A DNA stretch of 64,000 nt from Octopus sinensis (lineage: Eukaryota), in NCBI RefSeq assembly GCF_006345805.1, contig NC_042998.1, positions 75,144,001-75,208,000 of the forward strand. Reading direction: 5' to 3'. Position 1 is the first letter of the stretch, and each line of letters starts with the position of its first letter. The position numbers and the translations under genes were made by a program. The notes beneath the pieces are model-generated. The model ran no database searches and was not told where the DNA came from. It was given only the letters and a program-made list of their open reading frames with translations. Positions 23,271 to 35,278 of the stretch are shown piece after piece.

Positions 23271-26200
23271 TGACACTGTCAAACTGAAATATTAACATTC
23301 AATAAACCTCTTTGTAGGTCTAATAATGATTGCTCAAGGAGTGGAAAAATTGCAGAAATTTCTACCACCCATTTTCATAAAATGATGCTCTGTTCGCAAT
23401 AAAGATTATCAACGACTTTATGTTTTGCAATTTTTTTTTTTTTGTAAACACAAAGCATTTTCTTAATCTTAATCAACAAGTGAGGATTGGGTATTTTCCG
23501 AAAAATCTCGTATATGCTCTGTCGTAATAACAGAAAATATTGAAAATGAGCAATCTTTGTGATAATTTATGACAAAAAATGTCTCTACGTTGTTATTTTA
23601 TCTTCTACAAATAGTATCAATATGATAAAAGACTTAATGAGATAAGCATATAGATATACTTTCCTTTTATGATTTTGTCAATTCCATCATGCCTAAGAAT
23701 TTGCAGATTATGATTATATTGCTATTTTGTTATGTTCATATGACTTTACATGTTGTTATCTTGCTACCAAACTCTATAGTAACTATTTTATATTATCGTC
23801 TTAGAAATCGAAAGACACATGAAGTCATGTTAATAAACAAGATAGATTACACCTTAAAATAGACAGGGTGTTTAAGTCGACAAATCTTTTCATCATGTTT
23901 TGCTCGATGAGAACTGGCCTTGAGGTAAACAACAACGTCGTACAATCTTTTATAAGAGTCAATTTTTAAAAAAAGATTTGTTATTAATCATCTCTTCAGC
24001 TAAAATGGCATCAACATTTTCGTGAGATATGCCTAGAATCATTTCCTACTCAGTGGATGTTTGTAGCTAGTGTAGTAATGGTAGACAACATTTTGGTTTC
24101 TCGTTTTGTTGCATAGACAGATGTAATATATAATTTCGTGCAGGAATTGTACTACATTTGCCAACCAAATACCTTATATCTATGTATTAGATATTTGCTT
24201 CACACTTCAAAAAACTCTTCTTTATAACAAAGTAGAATTATATTATTTAGTTGAAGTCTTATTTAATTTGTAATGAAGTCATAATAATGTAATATTGAAC
24301 AGATCAGCAATACAATACAATGAGGCACTGAGACGGAGAGAATTAATTCACCGTAAGCACAACGACGAATATGTGTTGTTACAATCGACAGTTGATAGTT
24401 CAGTTTTAATATATGAGCAATAGAATATCTATTGTTCATAATAAACCTCTTTATAACATTGAAATGACTTAGTAATTCAATGGGCAGTTAATATTGTTTT
24501 TATTAATTTATATATATTGGAATAAATAAATCTATGTTATTGCGTATTGCTGCATGATGGTGTGTATAACACCGTGTAATTGAATTTGTAATCCCCTTTG
24601 TTGTTCAGTCACTCTAAAATATTACTTGAAATTTATTCATATTGCAATATTAATTCCGGTTTCGACAATCCCACCAAAGAATTGTCCCGGCCTTTGATGT
24701 TGTTTACGAATCAGAATTGGGTTTGTTGCATTTCTATCTAAATATATTCGATTGAGATCCTCCATCTACACGATCAAAGCTGAACAATCATACTTCGGAC
24801 ATTTATTTACGGTCTTTATGGCAATAATTAATCTAATGAGATAAGCATTTAATTATATTTCCTTTCATCCATTTGTCTACTACCCATACCCACCATTATG
24901 TAGATTATATGGGCGTTTTATTATCTATATATATATTAACCGATACACGTCGTGTTATCTTGCTAAGATTTACTAAACTCTATTTTAACTTTGTTATTTA
25001 TCAGTGTTCATCTAAATTGCATTCTTAATCTCCTCTCAATTTATTCATAACATACACTCGGAAATCTAAAAGCTAGATAATCCAATGACACAATACTGAA
25101 AAAGACTCTTAATTTAATTTAAGACATAGATTTATTGATCTCTTTGACAATCATACATACATAAGAAAATGTTTCTCCCATATTCAGTATAGGTATCTAA
25201 TAAGATTTATTTAACAAACCATATTAAGTATACGTAGCTAATTTCTTCATTAGTATATAAGTTGTAATGTTTATTCTTATATTTGTGAAAATTTATCTTC
25301 CTTGATTTTATCAAGTATACAAAGCGAAGACTGTAAGTAAAGTGATTTTTAAGCGCTTAATGTTCACACATAATTTATTCAAAACAAAATTGCTTTATTG
25401 GCAGGATCATAGGTTTCGAAGAAAACTGCTTGCTAACGAATTGTTTTCAACCCTTCGTTTACATATCGTCAAAATATACGCATAAACTCAGATTTAATTG
25501 GCACATCAAGAAAGGAGTAAGGTATTTTGTAAATTATACTATAAACAATTACAAGCAATCTAATTTCCAGTTAATAATGTAACACACTCACCGGTAAAAT
25601 TTCCACTTATTTCTTAATTTTATTTTCCTAAAATTTTCGTTGCGTCTTGCAACGTTTTCAATTGTCTTGACTGTTGAAAAGCTTGCAAGATGCAAAGAAA
25701 ATTTTAGGAATATAAAAATAATTTCCAGTTGTTTTGAATCTGTCTTTTTCTTTCAACAGGCAAACTGCACTTTTACCTCTCTAAAACAGTGGTTCTCAAC
25801 CGGATTCTATAAGGCCATTCGACAGGGGAGGGCATAAAAGATTTTTTTGTTACAATTTGGGCAATTAGAAGCATTTTAAATGTGAAATATAAAATAAAAC
25901 GACGCAAGTACAAAAGGATCGTTATTCTCAACTATCAAAAAGGAAAAACATAAGGAAGCTAAAATAATTGGGGCACATAGAGAACAATGTTTTCAATGAC
26001 TTTTACTAGAAGGGGCGATAAAAAGCAAATGCTGCAGAGGAAGAACTAGAACAAACAAGCTTGATAACTTAGAGAACTAAAGTAAACTAAAAAATGGGGA
26101 ATGTTTAAGCAAAGCAGGAAAATGTAAACGATTGGAAATCAGTTGATATTCACCCTACTGAAGATCATAACAAGGAATGATGATACGCACACACACACAC

Positions 26201-26462
26201 AAAAACATACACACACATACATACATACACACACAGAATATCACACACGTATATGCGTGTGTTTGTGTGTGTGCGCGCGTATGTGAATGTGTGTGTGCGC
26301 GCGTGCGTATGTAAATGTGTGTGTGTGCGCACGCGTGTGTGTCTGTATTCTTCCCAAACGTCAAACTAATACACCCACCTGTTGTTTCCTCGCTTGTCTT
26401 CGTCTTTTGTTTTCTGTAAATTTCAACTATATACATATACATACATACATACATACATATAT

Positions 26463-26526
<64 letters not shown>

Positions 26527-26653
26527 AGAGTTCACGAAAATAACAAAAGACGAAGACAGGTCATATATAAAACAAACAGATGTATTAGTATAACGCTCAG
26601 GAAATTGAAAAGCCTTTTACGTTTATCCACTACGACAAGGGATGACCATCGGA

Positions 26654-26710
<57 letters not shown>

Positions 26711-26715
<5 letters not shown>

Positions 26716-27972
26716 TCCGATGGTCATCCCTGGTCGTAGTGGAAAAGCTTGTGCGATCCAAAGATTCTGAGAGTAATACCGTCTAAAGTATTAGGCTCCT
26801 GCTAGGGCCACCTATGGTTGCAAGGCCGCGGATGAAGTCCTACAGTAAACACAACCAAACACCAGCATCAAGACCCCAACGATGGAGCAAGCAGAGGCCC
26901 CCAAGAATTGCCTCCGACGGAAGAGGGCAACGCCTGGCGGGCAGGCGGGATAAAGGTGGATAGACTCCATGCAGCTCAATGCAACAAGTCTCAACACTGC
27001 ACGTCTCATTTCTTGAGCCGCAGTGGAGAAGCTCCTGGCCAAGAGCGTGCGAGTGGACGTCGCGCAGCCACGATCACCTCAAACAATTTACTCAGCGAAT
27101 GGCTTTCGCTTCTAATCTGTCTCAAAAGAAACAATGTCGATATTGTCGTAGGCACCGGAGGCAGGTCTGGAAAGCTGGAAGCCGCTAGTCCGTGACCACA
27201 CATTGGCGGCCATCTCAGATGGTCGCTCTCCAATAAATAGCTGTGACATTTGAGTTCGGCAGCTAGACTGATGACTGGGCTGTCCTCTTTAGGATTCCGC
27301 AGCCCATTCCTCAGGGGGGAGCCCCTAGAGAAGGTGGGGTATACATCGGACACGGCAACTCGATTTGGCCAGTATACCGCGACTGGCGGACCTCCTACTT
27401 AACGGTTGGAACTGTACTAAATCGTCTGTTTCACATCTCACTTTTGGGTCCTGGAGTAGCCGACTGTCGAGGACAAGAGTGACATTAATCGACCAGAGCG
27501 ACTTACAACCATCGTCTGCAAGGAACTTGCCTGCTTCAACATCGATGCGGAAGCCTTGGGCGAGACTAGGCTTCCCGGAGAAGGCAGTATCAGAGACGTT
27601 GGCTCCAAATACACCATCTTTTGGATGCGGAAGAATCTTAATGAAGCACACATCCATGGAATTGACCTTGCCATCAAAACACAACGCGTGAGCCATTACA
27701 GTCTCGTTCCAACTTTCGTCAGTGATAGGACAGCCTGGAGTAATGTTATCTGCAATGGACCCAGCTCCTTCGAGCAGAACAGACAACAAAATGAGGAGGC
27801 AAAACGCAGAAGAAAGGAGCGTCCTCAACATCCTCGACCTGCACCGACCATTCCATGCGACTTCTGCCCACGACGCTTTCACCACTGACTTGGACTCCAA
27901 AGTTACTTTCGGCCAAACATCAGCCGAGGAGACTGGATGGCAACTCACGAACCCGATGCTTTGATACGAGCT

Positions 27973-27973
<1 letters not shown>
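26711..27973 (+). mobile_element. Internally deleted RTE-clade LINE (5' UTR + APE N-terminus fused to 3' end)
   Basis: LTFGSW, NRPERLTTIVCKELACFNIDAEALGETRLPGEGSIRDVGSKYTIFW...HGIDLAIK (APE endonuclease N-terminus) joins directly to DRTAWSNVICNG...PCDFCPRRFHH (RTE C-terminus); (TAA)n tail follows. Confidence 0.85.
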
Positions 27974-28019
<46 letters not shown>

Positions 28020-28044
28020 TATTATAATTATAATTATAATAATA

Positions 28045-29260
28045 ATATTAGGGAGTATAACACGGAAAAATTCAATTTAGTATTAAAATCAAATTTCAAA
28101 ATATAAATATAAATATATAAATTAGAGAAAAAACACTATTATGCAATTCAAACAATGATAGATATAAACCAAATCATAAATAAAAATAATATATATTTTT
28201 TAAAACATATAACTAGGGCACATAAAGAGCAAAAATGAATAATCAATATGTAAGTAACAAAACTACGTACCTTTCATGACTAAAATTAAATTCGGATTAC
28301 AATTAAATTTAAGTTTAATCGAAAATCAATTCAGTTAAAAATTATAGTCACTTTTCAGGTTAACAATAATAAAAATAATAATTAAATAAATAAGCAAATA
28401 GAAATTAAACAATATTTATTTAATAAATTCAATTATAGAAGAAACTCCATTAACTAAATTTAAAACATTAGGACAAGTTGCCTACAATACATATATTATG
28501 TTAAATATTTAAAAATAGAGTAAATAGATAGAAAAATGTGTTTATCTGTGAAGATATAATTTAGCTTAATAAAAACATTAATAAACTATAGAATATATTT
28601 ATCCTAGTTATACTCTAATATTTAATTACCAAACTATTTTACAAAACAAACACTCTTAATATTTTTAGATTTTAGTTCACATATGATAATTATAAAATAA
28701 TAAATATATAAAAGTACGTTTCTAAATTATAATCAACAAATATAGTAATTAAAAATCCTTATTTGTTCTATCAATAAACAATAATATAAACAATAAATAT
28801 ATACAATAAATAAATTACTCTAGTATTACTTACATAAATATTATGAATATCCTTCGAAAATATATATGAAATAAAAAATAAGAAATGAAAAATTCCAAAG
28901 TAAAAACGTATAACATCGTTTATAAAATACTTATTATTACTATTATTATTAAATGTAATAGTACTAAAAATATAATACGACTAAAAATATAATAAGAACT
29001 TTTAGTTAAATTAAAACATTTTACGATCTAAATCAGAAAGTGACAAACTATTTTCAAATTTACGTTCAGATATAATAATTATAAAATAATAATAATTAAA
29101 TAAATGTACATATCTAAATTATCATTAACAAATAATAAATTAGAAATTCATATTTAACAATCAATATTTATATAGAGTACAATAATATTTCTTAAATAAA
29201 AATGTATACTTATCTCCAAAAGGTGTATTATTATAAATCCGAATAGGGGAGCACACAGAT
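28045..29260 (-). mobile_element. Extremely AT-rich Penelope-like pseudo-LTR/UTR with decayed hammerhead (28259-28361)
   Basis: Its terminus ATTAGGGA.. resembles those at 8520 and 62573. Reverse complement has CUGAAAA-GUGACUA...UAGUCAU-GAAAG-GUAC-GUA. Confidence 0.55.
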
Positions 29261-29885
29261 TCCACTCGGCAGTACCCATTCTATAATCACACCTGTCTTT
29301 CTTTTACATGTAGAAATATACATGTTGAGATGCATGATACTGAAATACATATATGTAGTTATATATAATCGTATGAGTGTACATGAATTAATATGTATCT
29401 ATGGATTAGGGTATATATGTGTATACTTTAAGATAATACATGTATATGTCAGTGTGCACACGTGTTTATATGATTCTGTGTGCTTGTATATATGTATAGT
29501 TAGGTTTATATTTGCATGTATATATCTAAGACATTGTATCTAAGACTGTGGTGAGAGGAACACACGCACGCACATATATATATATATATATGTGCGTGTA
29601 TGTATACATATATACATACATATATACATACATATATACATACATACATACGTACATATATATCATGAACTAACAGGTACTTTCTCATTTGCAGCGTGGA
29701 ATACTGTCTATCAACAGGTCGCGGTCTCAAAGCGTTGAAAATATTTTTGCAAATTAAATTTAAATGTTGAAGTGAATCTAACGGTTTTTGTGTTATTAAA
29801 TGGCTTATAAACATCTTCCACGCTCCAATTGTTTGTGTGTGTGTGTGTGTTTGTGGGTGTGCGTGTGTGTACGAATATATATATA

Positions 29886-29939
<54 letters not shown>

Positions 29940-30259
29940 TATATATATATACACATAATATATATATATATGTATATATTTAGACACACACATCACTGTT
30001 TACAAGATTCTATGCTTCGAATGACCAATTATAAACACAATTGGAACCCACACACATGGTACAGAAAACTTATATATACGCCATACTGCTCAAATAATGG
30101 AACTACAGATACAATATCCTTACATATCTCACGTCAGTTTTCATTCCTCCACTTCACTCTGTATTTCATATCTTCTCCATAACAACTAACAAACATTTTC
30201 TCGCACCGTCTCTGATGAAGGGATATCTATATATATCTAAGACATTGTATCTAAGACTG

Positions 30260-30310
<51 letters not shown>

Positions 30311-30420
30311 CGAGGTGTGATCAAAGAGTATCGGAACTGTTGCTATAAAAAGAAAAGTACAACATATATCAATTCGGCAATTTTTATCTCCTTTGATGTA
30401 CGCTCCTTCTGCAGCCACAC
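30311..30420. mobile_element. Mariner terminal fragment (TIR TACGAGGTGTGATCAAAGAGTATCGG)
   Basis: TA-flanked mariner-type terminus; its last 57 bp are repeated at 31545-31601, where the transposase remnant continues. Confidence 0.65.
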
Positions 30421-30605
30421 AAACACACACACACAAATTATCACACAGTATGCGTGTGTGATTGTGTGTGTGTATTCTTCCCAAGCGTCAAACTAATACA
30501 CCAACTTCTTGTTTCCTCACTTGTCTTCGTCTTGTTTTCTGTAAATTTCAACTATATATATATATATATATATATACTACATACATACATACATACATAC
30601 ATACA

Positions 30606-30638
<33 letters not shown>

Positions 30639-30689
30639 GTGTGTGTGTCTGTATTTACGTATATGTATGTATACATCAAAGGTAAAAAT

Positions 30690-31540
30690 CGGCAAACGGA
30701 AATCGTCAAAAGATAAGCAGGGAAAGGACGAGAGCACAACTGCGGCAAACAGGACAAAACAAGATACACGTATCATTCGCAGCCAATTGCTTTTTCAGTC
30801 GAAGTCTCTCTCCCCATCTTTTCTCTCTCCCTCTGATTTCATTTTCCATCTCTCGTATTCCTTAATCTCTTCCCCCCTCCCTCTTATCTCTCAAACACCT
30901 TTGCTTTCCTTTCTCACCTCCCTTGTACCCCCTCTCTCTTTCTCTCTCTCTTTCTGTCTCCCTACTTCACATTCTGTGATCCCTCCCTCTCATTATTTGG
31001 TCCCTCTCATTTCTTTCCCCTCTCTCCTATTCGGTGTCCGGTGTATGCATTGTCGTTCTTTTTCGGCCGTCCGCCTTTGAGGTCAGTCGCATCTGTTCTC
31101 TCTCTCCACCCTGTCAGTTAAGATTTTTCCATTTCCTTTTTCCTTGCGCTAGCTTACTACACTGTTTGATAGTCGAAAAACTCTGTTTGTTTTATTTTAT
31201 CTTTATGGTATAGCCGAAAGGATTCTGCCCGCTGTATATGTATAATTCTATTTCTTATGTTACGTTCGTCCGATATTTGAAAGACCCTTCTGTTTGTTAT
31301 TTCCTTGTGTTTGTCTTGCTCAGGGGCTTAACTGCCTTCAGCTTAAGCCTTTGGCCCAACTTGTTTCGAATAGTATCGGAGAGGATTGGGCGAAACTACG
31401 TAGACATTACAGACTCCGACTGATGAAGCAATTGGCTGCGAATGATCCATGTATCTCGTTTTGTCATGTTTGCCGTTATTGTGCTATCGTCCTTTTTCTG
31501 CTTGTTATGTTTTGACGATTTCCGTATGTTGTTTTTTTTA
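30690..31540. mobile_element. Penelope-like insert with ~120-bp inverted terminal segments and CT-rich interior
   Basis: 30690-30810 is the reverse complement of ~31410-31530; hammerhead-like CTGATGAAGCAATTGGCTGCGAA at ~31420; pyrimidine-rich UTR-like core. Confidence 0.45.
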
Positions 31541-31544
31541 ATAT

Positions 31545-32480
31545 ATATATCAATTCGGCAATTTTTATCTCTTTCCATGTACTCTCCTTCTGAAGCCACA
31601 TACTTAATCCAGAATTGTTTCCATTAATTGAAGCTTTCCCGGAACTCATTTTATTTTTTGGCAATAGAAAGCAGCTGTCTAATCGCATTTTCTTGGATTC
31701 CTTCCACGTCTTGAAATCTTGTTCCTGTCAAGCAGGATTTGATTTTTAAAAAGAGGGAAACGTCATTGCGAAAGAAGTCTGACGGATGTGGTGGTTATGG
31801 AATCTGGGAAATGTGGTTCCTCACGTAAATCTACTGCAGAAGTAACGCTGAATGAACAGTTGACTTGTCATGGTGGATTTTCCACTTACTTGACGCATAT
31901 AATTCTGTCCATTTACGATGAGCAGCATCCAGCAAACGCCGCAGAATGACACATTCGTATCCTTGTTTACCATGGAACATACTCATGATGAACAATGCTT
32001 TTGCAGTCGAAGACATCTGTGAACATTGCTTGAACTTATTCGTGTTTTCTTCGGTCTCGGAGTTGTTGGGATCTTCCACCACGAAGACTGAGTTTCTACA
32101 TCATAGCCATAGACCTGCGATTCGTCACTTATTATGCTCGTTTCGAAAAAAATATTCGTCATCCTCGACACAGTCAGGGAGATCCTACGCATTTTAGTCA
32201 ACTGAGCATATCCAAATCTTCAAAGATAATGGCCTTAACGGAAACATAACTAATGTGCAGATCTACCAACAACTTACTCTCGGGAATTCGACTGTCGTCC
32301 CTAACAGTTGCACGTACATCTGAGATGTTTTCATCAGTTCTGCTGGTTGTGGCTCTCCCAGAACTCAAGTCGCTGTCGATATCTTTTCGGCCATATTAGA
32401 AACGTTTGAACGTATCCGTCTCATATAATCTTCTCCATACACTGGTGCTCGAAGAATAAGGAGTGTTACCTTACTTCACT
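31545..32480 (-). mobile_element. Decayed mariner (DD34D-type) transposase
   Basis: ISDESQVYGYDVETQSSWWK..PRPKKTR (cf. TGDESWVYGYDPETK), LRRLLDAAHRKW...KIHHDKSTVHSA (cf. HDNAPAH), and a PPHPSDF remnant of YSPDLAP. Confidence 0.88.
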
Positions 32481-32560
32481 GGCAGTGAACAGCTAGCGCT
32501 GCAGTACATCTCCGGCTTTAGAAGCTGTGCAAAGACAATAATATAATAATGATGACAATG

Positions 32561-33031
32561 TGGTATAAAAGATGGGCTACAGCAAATATTCTGCTCAATA
32601 CCACAGATTTGCTTGTCAGTTGTTTGACCTTAACCAGTTGAGCATGTCCCTTAGTGGCTGACGATATGTGCATCTCTGATCACGAGAAGAAGTAGTGGGG
32701 GAGCATCATAGCCATGTGTTGAGAGGGATTCGTTGTGGTTTGAATAATTCACCTCTGGAAACATGGGTGGTTTTTTCAACATCCTTAAACAACCCTTATT
32801 CAGGGACCGTTTGAGCGGGATGGGCTACTCAACCTGAAGAAAATTCTAACTGGGCCCCACCTGCAAGGTCATGTGCTGTTTATCTTGATGTGTGATCACT
32901 ATGTCGCGCACATTTGGTTGTGATGCATGTGCCTGGTGTGCCCTTATCAGACGGGTAGTCATGATGGGTATATTGGGCTTCGTATATTTTACCCCAGTGT
33001 CACTTTGATGGCATGAACTGCTCTCTCACTC
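32561..33031 (+). mobile_element. ~470-bp (AAT)n-tailed non-autonomous retroposon, copy 1
   Basis: Ends CTCTCTCACTC-(AAT)n; near-identical inverted copy at 33188-33658. Confidence 0.8.
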
Positions 33032-33053
33032 AATAATAATAATAATAATAATA

Positions 33054-33137
<84 letters not shown>

Positions 33138-33187
33138 CCATTATTATTATTGTTATCATTATTATTATTTTTGTTATTATTATTATT

Positions 33188-33658
33188 GAGTGAGAGAGCA
33201 GTTCATGCCATCAAAGTGACACTGGGGTAAAATATACGAAGCCCAATATACCCATCATGACTACCCGTCTGATAAGGGTACACCAGGCACATGCATCACA
33301 ACCATATGTGCGCGACATAGTGATCTCATATCAAGATAAACAGTACATGACCTTGCAGGTGGGTCCCTGTTAGAATTTACTTCAGGTTGAGTAGCCCATC
33401 CCGCTCAAAAGTCCCTGAATAAGGGTTGTTTAAGGATGTTGAAAGAACCACCCATGTTTCCAGAGGTGAATTATTCAAACCCCAAAGAATCCCTCTCAAC
33501 ACATGGCTACGATGCTCCCCCCACTACTTCTGCTCGTGATCAGAGATGCACATATCGTCAGCCACTAAGGGACATGCTCAACTGGTTAAGGTCAAACAAC
33601 TGACAAGCAAATCTGTGGTATTGAGCAGAATATTTGCTGTAGCCCATCTTTTATACCA
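33188..33658 (-). mobile_element. ~470-bp (AAT)n-tailed non-autonomous retroposon, copy 2 (tail-to-tail with copy 1)
   Basis: Reverse complement of 32561-33031 with scattered substitutions. Confidence 0.8.
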
Positions 33659-33727
33659 AGACAATATTATTATTAATATTATTATTATTATTATTATCAT
33701 TACTACTACTACTACTACTACTACTAC

Positions 33728-33763
<36 letters not shown>

Positions 33764-33817
33764 TACTACTATTATTATTATTATTATTATTATTATCATT
33801 ATTATTATTATTACTAC

Positions 33818-33877
<60 letters not shown>

Positions 33878-33954
33878 TACTACTATTATTATTATCATTA
33901 TTATTATTATTATTGTTGTTGTTGTTATTATCATACAAACATAAAATAATAATA

Positions 33955-34075
33955 ATAAAAGAACTGAAAATTACTTAAGAATGATACCTGGATTACCATC
34001 AATGCAGGGAGTGCAAAAGATTATCTTAACTGTTACGTCACACGTATTGAGAAGAGCACTATTGCTGTGAATTTT
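33955..34075 (+). mobile_element. Dong/R4 LINE extreme 3' fragment
   Basis: ENYLRMIPGLPSMQGVQKIILTVTSHVLRRALLL* matches the C-terminus IQKIALLGTAHILRRTL seen at ~62400. Confidence 0.65.
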
Positions 34076-34224
34076 CTGTGCTTTCTTGCCCTTTATATTC
34101 TATGTTTACTTTTACATTTTTTTCCTTTTCTCTCTGTCTTTCTTCCCCCTTTTCTCTATCACATGACTTTGTAAATGAACAATATAGTGTGCTTAGATTA
34201 ATGGTCTACAAATTCTTTCTACTA

Positions 34225-34400
34225 TAGACACAAGGACTGACATTTTGTGGGAGTGGGGCCAGTCGATCCGATCACTCTCAGTACGCAACGTGTACTTAAT
34301 TTATCGATCCCGAAAGGATGAAAGGCAAAGTCGACCTTGGCGGAATTTGAACTCAGAAAGTAAAGACAGTTGAAATACTACTAGGCATTTCGTCCGGAGT
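34225..34400 (-). mobile_element. tRNA-derived SINE 5' part
   Basis: Reverse complement has AGCTGGCAGAATCGTTAGCACTCCGG (A box) and GAGTTCAAATTCC (B box). Confidence 0.7.
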
Positions 34401-35278
34401 GCTAACGATTCTGCCAGCTTTGGACGTGTTTTTCACTTCTGTGACCAACCAACAGAACAACTGAAAAATAATCTCAAAAGACTGGAATATCTACAATTTC
34501 TTGTGAGTATTTTACATTTCCTTCAAAAGAAGTTGAAAATCTTGCATATCTACAAGTTTTTCTGGCCGAACTCAAAATTGATCATTTTTAAAACTTTGGA
34601 ACTGTAACGCCTACAACTTTCTGTGAATCCCTGTCCTTTCCTGAGTATTCGAAAATGTAAACATCCTTTTAGTTCAAGAACACTACAGTTTCCTCTGGTC
34701 AAACAAACAAATTATAAAATTTAAAAACTTTGATAGTTACAGTTCACTGTGAAAGTTTGCCCTTCTTTTCTTCCTGACTACTCGAATATGTAAACGTACC
34801 TTTTATTCCAACAACGCTATTAAATGCACGACAAACATTTCCTCCAAAATAAGTTGAAAATCTTACATAACCACAATTTTCTCTGGCAGTAGACACACAC
34901 GATATCTCTAAAAACATTGAAACTTTAGGAGATAAAGAACTACCAATATATACGCACTACACAATTACGAAAACTAAACCACGGTAAAACCTATAAAAAG
35001 GCAAGAAAAATTCAACTATATAAATATCAATATATATGTGTGTGTGTATGTATATGTATTATTATTGTTATTTTTTCTATTTGTAATTAAAACAGAACAG
35101 TGTGAGTTGGCCCTTTCCAAGCCCAAGGTCATCCCCCTCATTGATCGCTTTTAGTAGTAAACATATTTAACCTCTGCTGACTGCAAGGGTGCGAAGCTTC
35201 TTTTGCTTCCTGTTCGCACTCCTATTGTTATTGTTGCTGCTGCTACAACTACTACTCTTTCAAATAACAATAATAATA

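Noticed and set aside
24305-24354. Possible micro-exon SAIQYNEALRRRELIH with GTAAGC donor
   Set aside because: Weak acceptor with no pyrimidine tract and no homology; cannot be supported.
24640-24770. Minus-strand peptide RIYLDRNATNPI resembling the cysteine desulfurase N-terminal motif
   Set aside because: Following residues do not match the family and the frame closes after ~40 codons; probably chance.
25408-25455. Minus-strand UUGAAAA…GAAAC as another U3-A8 hammerhead
   Set aside because: No stem II closing pair and no valid stem III or cleavage triplet.
31340-31450. Two hammerhead-like pieces (GCCCAA…TTGGGC-GAAAC and CTGATGA-A-GCA…TGC-GAAT)
   Set aside because: Each lacks half of the core; kept only as weak support for a Penelope origin of the insert.
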